A stretch of DNA of 60,445 bases, from NCBI GenBank assembly GCA_043812155.1, contig JBDRMK010000009.1, forward strand, positions 1-60,445, in the 5' to 3' direction. The notes under the pieces were generated by a model that worked only from the letters and a program-made list of their open reading frames with translations, was not told the DNA's origin and ran no database searches. Numbering within the stretch: the stretch's first letter is position 1; each line of letters opens with the position of its first letter. This document shows, piece by piece, positions 56,856-60,445 of the stretch. The position numbers were made by a program, and so were the translations under genes. This DNA comes from Patescibacteria group bacterium (GTDB lineage Bacteria; Patescibacteriota; Patescibacteriia; JAXHNJ01).

Positions 56856-58355
56856 TTATTGACCGATTTTATAAATAATGACCCGACTTAAGGCTTTTTT
56901 TGCCAATAAAATGCGCTCGCGGCTCCGGGCGAATAAGGTGATCAGCTTCTCCCCTTTTTCCACGCGATCGCCGATTTTTTGATGCAGGCGCATGCCGGCT
57001 AATTTGTCTTCCGGCGCGCCCAAGGAGCGGGCGACTTCATCGATCGCCCGGTTATCAATGGCGGTAACTTGGCCTTCTTTTCGTGAATATATCCTTAATT
57101 TTTGGGCGCCCAAAGTTATGGATTCCGAATCAATGTTTTTCCGGCCGCCCTGACTGATGATCATTTCGTTCATTTTATTCCAGGCTTTTTTTGTAAAAAG
57201 GAGCTGCCGCGCCAAGGCCTCCCCTTCTCCCGGACGGCTCTTGCCGCAAAGTTCAAAAAGCTGGCCCGCTAAATACAGGGATTTTTTTTCAAGATCCGCG
57301 GGCCTTTTTTCTTTTTGCTGCAAAACCCGCAAGACATCCCTGGCTTCCAGGGCCGGGCCGATGCCATTGCCGATCGGCTCCTCGGCTTTAAGTATCGTCA
57401 CTTTCAGTTTAATTCCGAATTTATCGCAAAGATACTGAAATTTTGCCGCCACCTGCCGGGCCATGGCCAGATCTTGTATTTTTGCCGAAGGACCGACTGG
57501 TATGTCAATTAAAAGATATTTTATGCCCATGGCTTCTTTTTTCGCCATAATAGAAACGATCATCTTTGAAAGCGGCTCAAGCGAGATATCTTTTGTCAGA
57601 CGGATGATCATGTCATCGGCCGGCGCGATATTGGTCGCCCCGCCCCAGACCAAACAGCCATGATTCTTTTTGACCAGCTTCACCACTTCGCTCAATTTAA
57701 AAGTCACCGGGGCCAAGACTTCCATGGTGTCGGCCGTGCCGGCCGGCGAGGTGACGGCCCGGGAAGAAGTTTTGGGGATAAAAAGACCGGCCGCCGCGAT
57801 GATCGGAACCACCACCATGGTCGTCCGGTTGCCCGCCAGTCCGCCCACGCAATGCTTGTCCACGATTTTTTTGTCGCCGAAATCCACGGTTTCCCCGGTA
57901 TCCACCATCGCCTTGGTCAAAAAATACAGTTCTTCGTCGCGGAAATCATTGGTAAAGCCGGAGGCGATAAAAAAAGCCAGCTCGCAATCGCTGATCCGTC
58001 CGGCCAGGAGATCGCGGATGATCGTGTACATTTCATGATAGCTTAAGGACTGGCCGCTCAGCTTTTTTTTAATGGCTTTAATTGAGGTCGGACGGGCAAA
58101 TAATTCCAGATAAACTATCTCATTATTCTTTATTTTTGTTTTCTGGGAAGTTTCTTTAAATAATCCGATATAACCCGGAACTATTTTCGTCTTTGTCGTT
58201 TCAATATTAACAACCGCCTCCTTTTTCTGCCAATTAAGCTCAACGCGGTCGCCGGCATGGAGGTCAAAAATAGCCGCGTCTTTTTCATTGATCATCACGG
58301 TCATGGCCCGACCCGACTTGAAATCCAATTTTTTAGCTTTAAGAAAAAATGACAT
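56856..58355 (-). CDS. deoA: AMP phosphorylase (thymidine phosphorylase family, long form)
   Basis: N-terminal double-psi barrel, DKHCVGGLAGNRTT, KTSSRAVTSPAGTADTMEVL. Confidence 0.9.
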   Translation of the reverse strand: MSFFLKAKKLDFKSGRAMTVMINEKDAAIFDLHAGDRVELNWQKKEAVVNIETTKTKIVPGYIGLFKETSQKTKIKNNEIVYLELFARPTSIKAIKKKLSGQSLSYHEMYTIIRDLLAGRISDCELAFFIASGFTNDFRDEELYFLTKAMVDTGETVDFGDKKIVDKHCVGGLAGNRTTMVVVPIIAAAGLFIPKTSSRAVTSPAGTADTMEVLAPVTFKLSEVVKLVKKNHGCLVWGGATNIAPADDMIIRLTKDISLEPLSKMIVSIMAKKEAMGIKYLLIDIPVGPSAKIQDLAMARQVAAKFQYLCDKFGIKLKVTILKAEEPIGNGIGPALEARDVLRVLQQKEKRPADLEKKSLYLAGQLFELCGKSRPGEGEALARQLLFTKKAWNKMNEMIISQGGRKNIDSESITLGAQKLRIYSRKEGQVTAIDNRAIDEVARSLGAPEDKLAGMRLHQKIGDRVEKGEKLITLFARSRERILLAKKALSRVIIYKIGQ

Positions 58356-59582
58356 TTAAAAATGTTTTAAGGCTATTTTTAACTCTTCGTTATTCTCGGC
58401 AAATCGTTTTAAGGAAAAGCGGCTGACGGTCGCCTCAATCGCCTGCTTAACCGCCAAAACTCCCGCCTTAGAACCTTGCGGATGGCCATGCACTCCCCCG
58501 CCGAAATTCATGATAAAATCATTTCCTAATAAGGCTACAAGTTTAGGAATTAAAGCGGGATGAAGGCCGCCAGAAGCGATCGGCAGGGTCTTTTTTATAT
58601 CAAACCAGGGAGAAGTTAAAAATTTGTTCAGGGTCAAAACCTGTTGCCGACCCCCTTCCATTTTGCCGACGACCGTGCCTGAATGCAGCTGGTCAATCCC
58701 AGCTAGCCGGGCAAGTTTAGTTAATACTAATATTGATAAACCCTGGTGCGAGTCGCGGGTGAAGGCCGAATGCATCGCCCGATGACCATGGATGATCAGG
58801 CCTAAATTCGCTTTTCTTAGGGCCTGAACCCCGGAAAAACCGCTGGTTACCACATCCACCATAACACAGCGACCGCCCTGATTTTTCACGAATTCCGCTC
58901 GTTTTATCATCTGGCTTGTTTCCGCCGTAACATTAAAAGCGACTAATTTTCTGGTCTTACTCCCCTTTTCTATCTTTTTTACATAAGCTAAAGTTTTGAC
59001 CACCCGCTCGTTAAAATGATTGAATTTCTGATCCGTTAAATTTTCATCATCTTTAACTAAATCCGCGCCGGACGATAAGACTTCGTGAGCAAGTCTTGAG
59101 TGCTGTCCGGCTGACAGCCCCAATTTTGGCTTCATGATCACGCCGATCAAAGGCCGGTTTTTTATACCCGTTATTTTTCTTATCCCCTCAAGGCCGAAAG
59201 CCGGCCCGGCAAAGGACCGGACAAATTTTTCCGGCAGCTCCAGATCCAGCAGTTTGAGATGCTTTATTTCCTTTAAACTGTAAATGTTGCCGGCCACCGA
59301 AGATAAAAGCTGGGGGATATTTCCGAATTCAAATAGATCAAGCGGATAGGCGACTTTAATGATATTTTTCCTGAAATCAATATGGTAAACTTTGGCGGCC
59401 AGTTTTTTAAATTTGTTCTTATTCAATGTTCCCACCTCAGTCCAGGTGCCGATGGAAGATTCCGTGGCAATCGCCGCCCCGGCTTCCCGGTCCGTCAGCG
59501 TTGAATCCACATAAAAAGTGGCCAGAATGTGATCTTGAGGCTTGAACTTTTTTCCCAAAGCCAAATAATCCAAATTATACAT
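58356..59582 (-). CDS. rbcL: ribulose-bisphosphate carboxylase, form III-like
   Basis: ESSIGTW, GN, KPK, KDDE, HRAMH, HSGTVVGKMEG, ASGG and FGGG: catalytic residues all present. Confidence 0.9.
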   Translation of the reverse strand: MYNLDYLALGKKFKPQDHILATFYVDSTLTDREAGAAIATESSIGTWTEVGTLNKNKFKKLAAKVYHIDFRKNIIKVAYPLDLFEFGNIPQLLSSVAGNIYSLKEIKHLKLLDLELPEKFVRSFAGPAFGLEGIRKITGIKNRPLIGVIMKPKLGLSAGQHSRLAHEVLSSGADLVKDDENLTDQKFNHFNERVVKTLAYVKKIEKGSKTRKLVAFNVTAETSQMIKRAEFVKNQGGRCVMVDVVTSGFSGVQALRKANLGLIIHGHRAMHSAFTRDSHQGLSILVLTKLARLAGIDQLHSGTVVGKMEGGRQQVLTLNKFLTSPWFDIKKTLPIASGGLHPALIPKLVALLGNDFIMNFGGGVHGHPQGSKAGVLAVKQAIEATVSRFSLKRFAENNEELKIALKHF

Positions 59583-60445
59583 ATCGTTTGAATAAATCCG
59601 GATAATATTTTTTCACGGTCTTGGCGATATCTTTTGGTTTTATCAGGCCGAATTCCGTGATAAATCCAGTGATAAACTTGGACGGAATGTAATCAAAGGC
59701 ATAGTTTTCCAGACTTAATCCTTTTGGCGCTTCCGGCCAAATTTCTGAACTATCCCTTTTTTCCAAAGGAATGGTAATACGTTTCTTGCTCAGAGTGTCT
59801 ATCTTTAGCAGACTGGCCGCGACATACAAAGGGATCTTTGACTCCCAGGCCGCCAAAGCCAGGCCGAAACTGCCGATCTTATTGACGGCCCAGCCGTTTA
59901 ACCCCACCACGTCCGCTCCTAAAAAAACTTTATTTATCCTTATATCATCACCTGAATGATCGCTGATAAAAAAAGCGGCCGCGGAATCGCAGACCTGGGT
60001 CACTTTAATCTGATTTTTTACTAAATTATTGGAAGTGATCCTTCCCTGAAAAAGCGGCCGCGTTTCCGAATTATAAACATGGAATCTTTTTTTTCGGTTT
60101 TTTGCTTCGACAAATATCTTTTCGACTAAAGAAGAATGGCAATGGGTAAAGATATTTTCCCCGGGTTTGAGTAATCCCGCTCCCTTTTTCACGATAATAT
60201 TTTCTAAACGCCGGTAATCGCTTATGAGTTTATTTACCTCTTTGATCAGTGTTTGTGGATGGACACACGTTTTTTTTCTTAATTCATTGATCAGGAGCCG
60301 GGAAAAATTAAGGACTTGCGGCTCAGTCGGTCTTATCTCTAATATCTCCCTTCTCCCCCGGATAATCTTATGTATCAGTTCTTCCTGTATTTTAAAAGTC
60401 AGCTTTTTTACTAATAAAACAAACGCGACCGCCACCTGGCTGGCG
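59575..60445 (-). CDS. ribose-1,5-bisphosphate isomerase (eIF2B family), 5' partial
   Basis: RPTEP, THCHSS, ETRP..QG, GAD, NKIGS, FDYIP; frame stays open to the window edge; adjacent to rbcL and AMP phosphorylase. Confidence 0.85.
   Translation of the reverse strand, partial: ASQVAVAFVLLVKKLTFKIQEELIHKIIRGRREILEIRPTEPQVLNFSRLLINELRKKTCVHPQTLIKEVNKLISDYRRLENIIVKKGAGLLKPGENIFTHCHSSLVEKIFVEAKNRKKRFHVYNSETRPLFQGRITSNNLVKNQIKVTQVCDSAAAFFISDHSGDDIRINKVFLGADVVGLNGWAVNKIGSFGLALAAWESKIPLYVAASLLKIDTLSKKRITIPLEKRDSSEIWPEAPKGLSLENYAFDYIPSKFITGFITEFGLIKPKDIAKTVKKYYPDLFKRYV

Noticed and set aside
58356-59582. Form IV RuBisCO-like protein or a Calvin cycle
   Set aside because: The catalytic residues are intact and the context is AMP phosphorylase plus R15P isomerase; no phosphoribulokinase or small subunit is seen in the window.
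1-60445. tRNA or rRNA genes
   Set aside because: No cloverleaf with T-loop GTTCRA and acceptor stem, and no rRNA-like conserved segment, was recognised in the intergenic regions; tRNAscan-SE would be needed to exclude them formally.

Overview
Bacterial chromosome segment that most likely comes from a Patescibacteria (CPR) genome. The basis is SD-less core genes, a short ProRS, a degenerate PriA, Asn-rich linkers and an AMP phosphorylase/form III RuBisCO/R15P isomerase operon. Bases 1-20.4 kb hold the end of an IS30 transposase followed by a co-oriented housekeeping block: holB, frr, rseP, proS, mreBCD-mrdA, greA, lysS, an HD protein, serS, alr, ddl, ftsQ-like, a transporter, nifU, a glycoside hydrolase and a patatin. 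mrdA has an in-frame TAA and the HD gene has a frameshift. Bases 20.5-41.3 kb form a plasticity zone of self-contained one- or two-gene units. It contains (i) an array of five unrelated small two-TM proteins in four units, each unit headed by a conserved ~23-bp motif fused to a sigma70 promoter, directly upstream of a dif-like site and two Xer-type recombinases, (ii) an orphan divergent purM flanked by 17-bp direct repeats, (iii) a radical SAM/SPASM gene with a Cys/Asp-rich double-glycine precursor peptide (candidate new RiPP), (iv) apparently foreign PEGA and NHL-repeat proteins, (v) a 24-codon mini transcription unit, and (vi) an ABC exporter under a leader-peptide attenuator. Bases 41.4-60.4 kb hold envC-like M23, gltX, a permease, a WecB/TagA enzyme, thpR, an interrupted AmmeMemoRadiSam cluster with cofE-like, priA, def, fmt, a GT2 and the RuBisCO nucleoside-salvage operon. 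No rRNA, tRNA or CRISPR array was recognised. All calls come from reading motifs by eye; no database searches were run.
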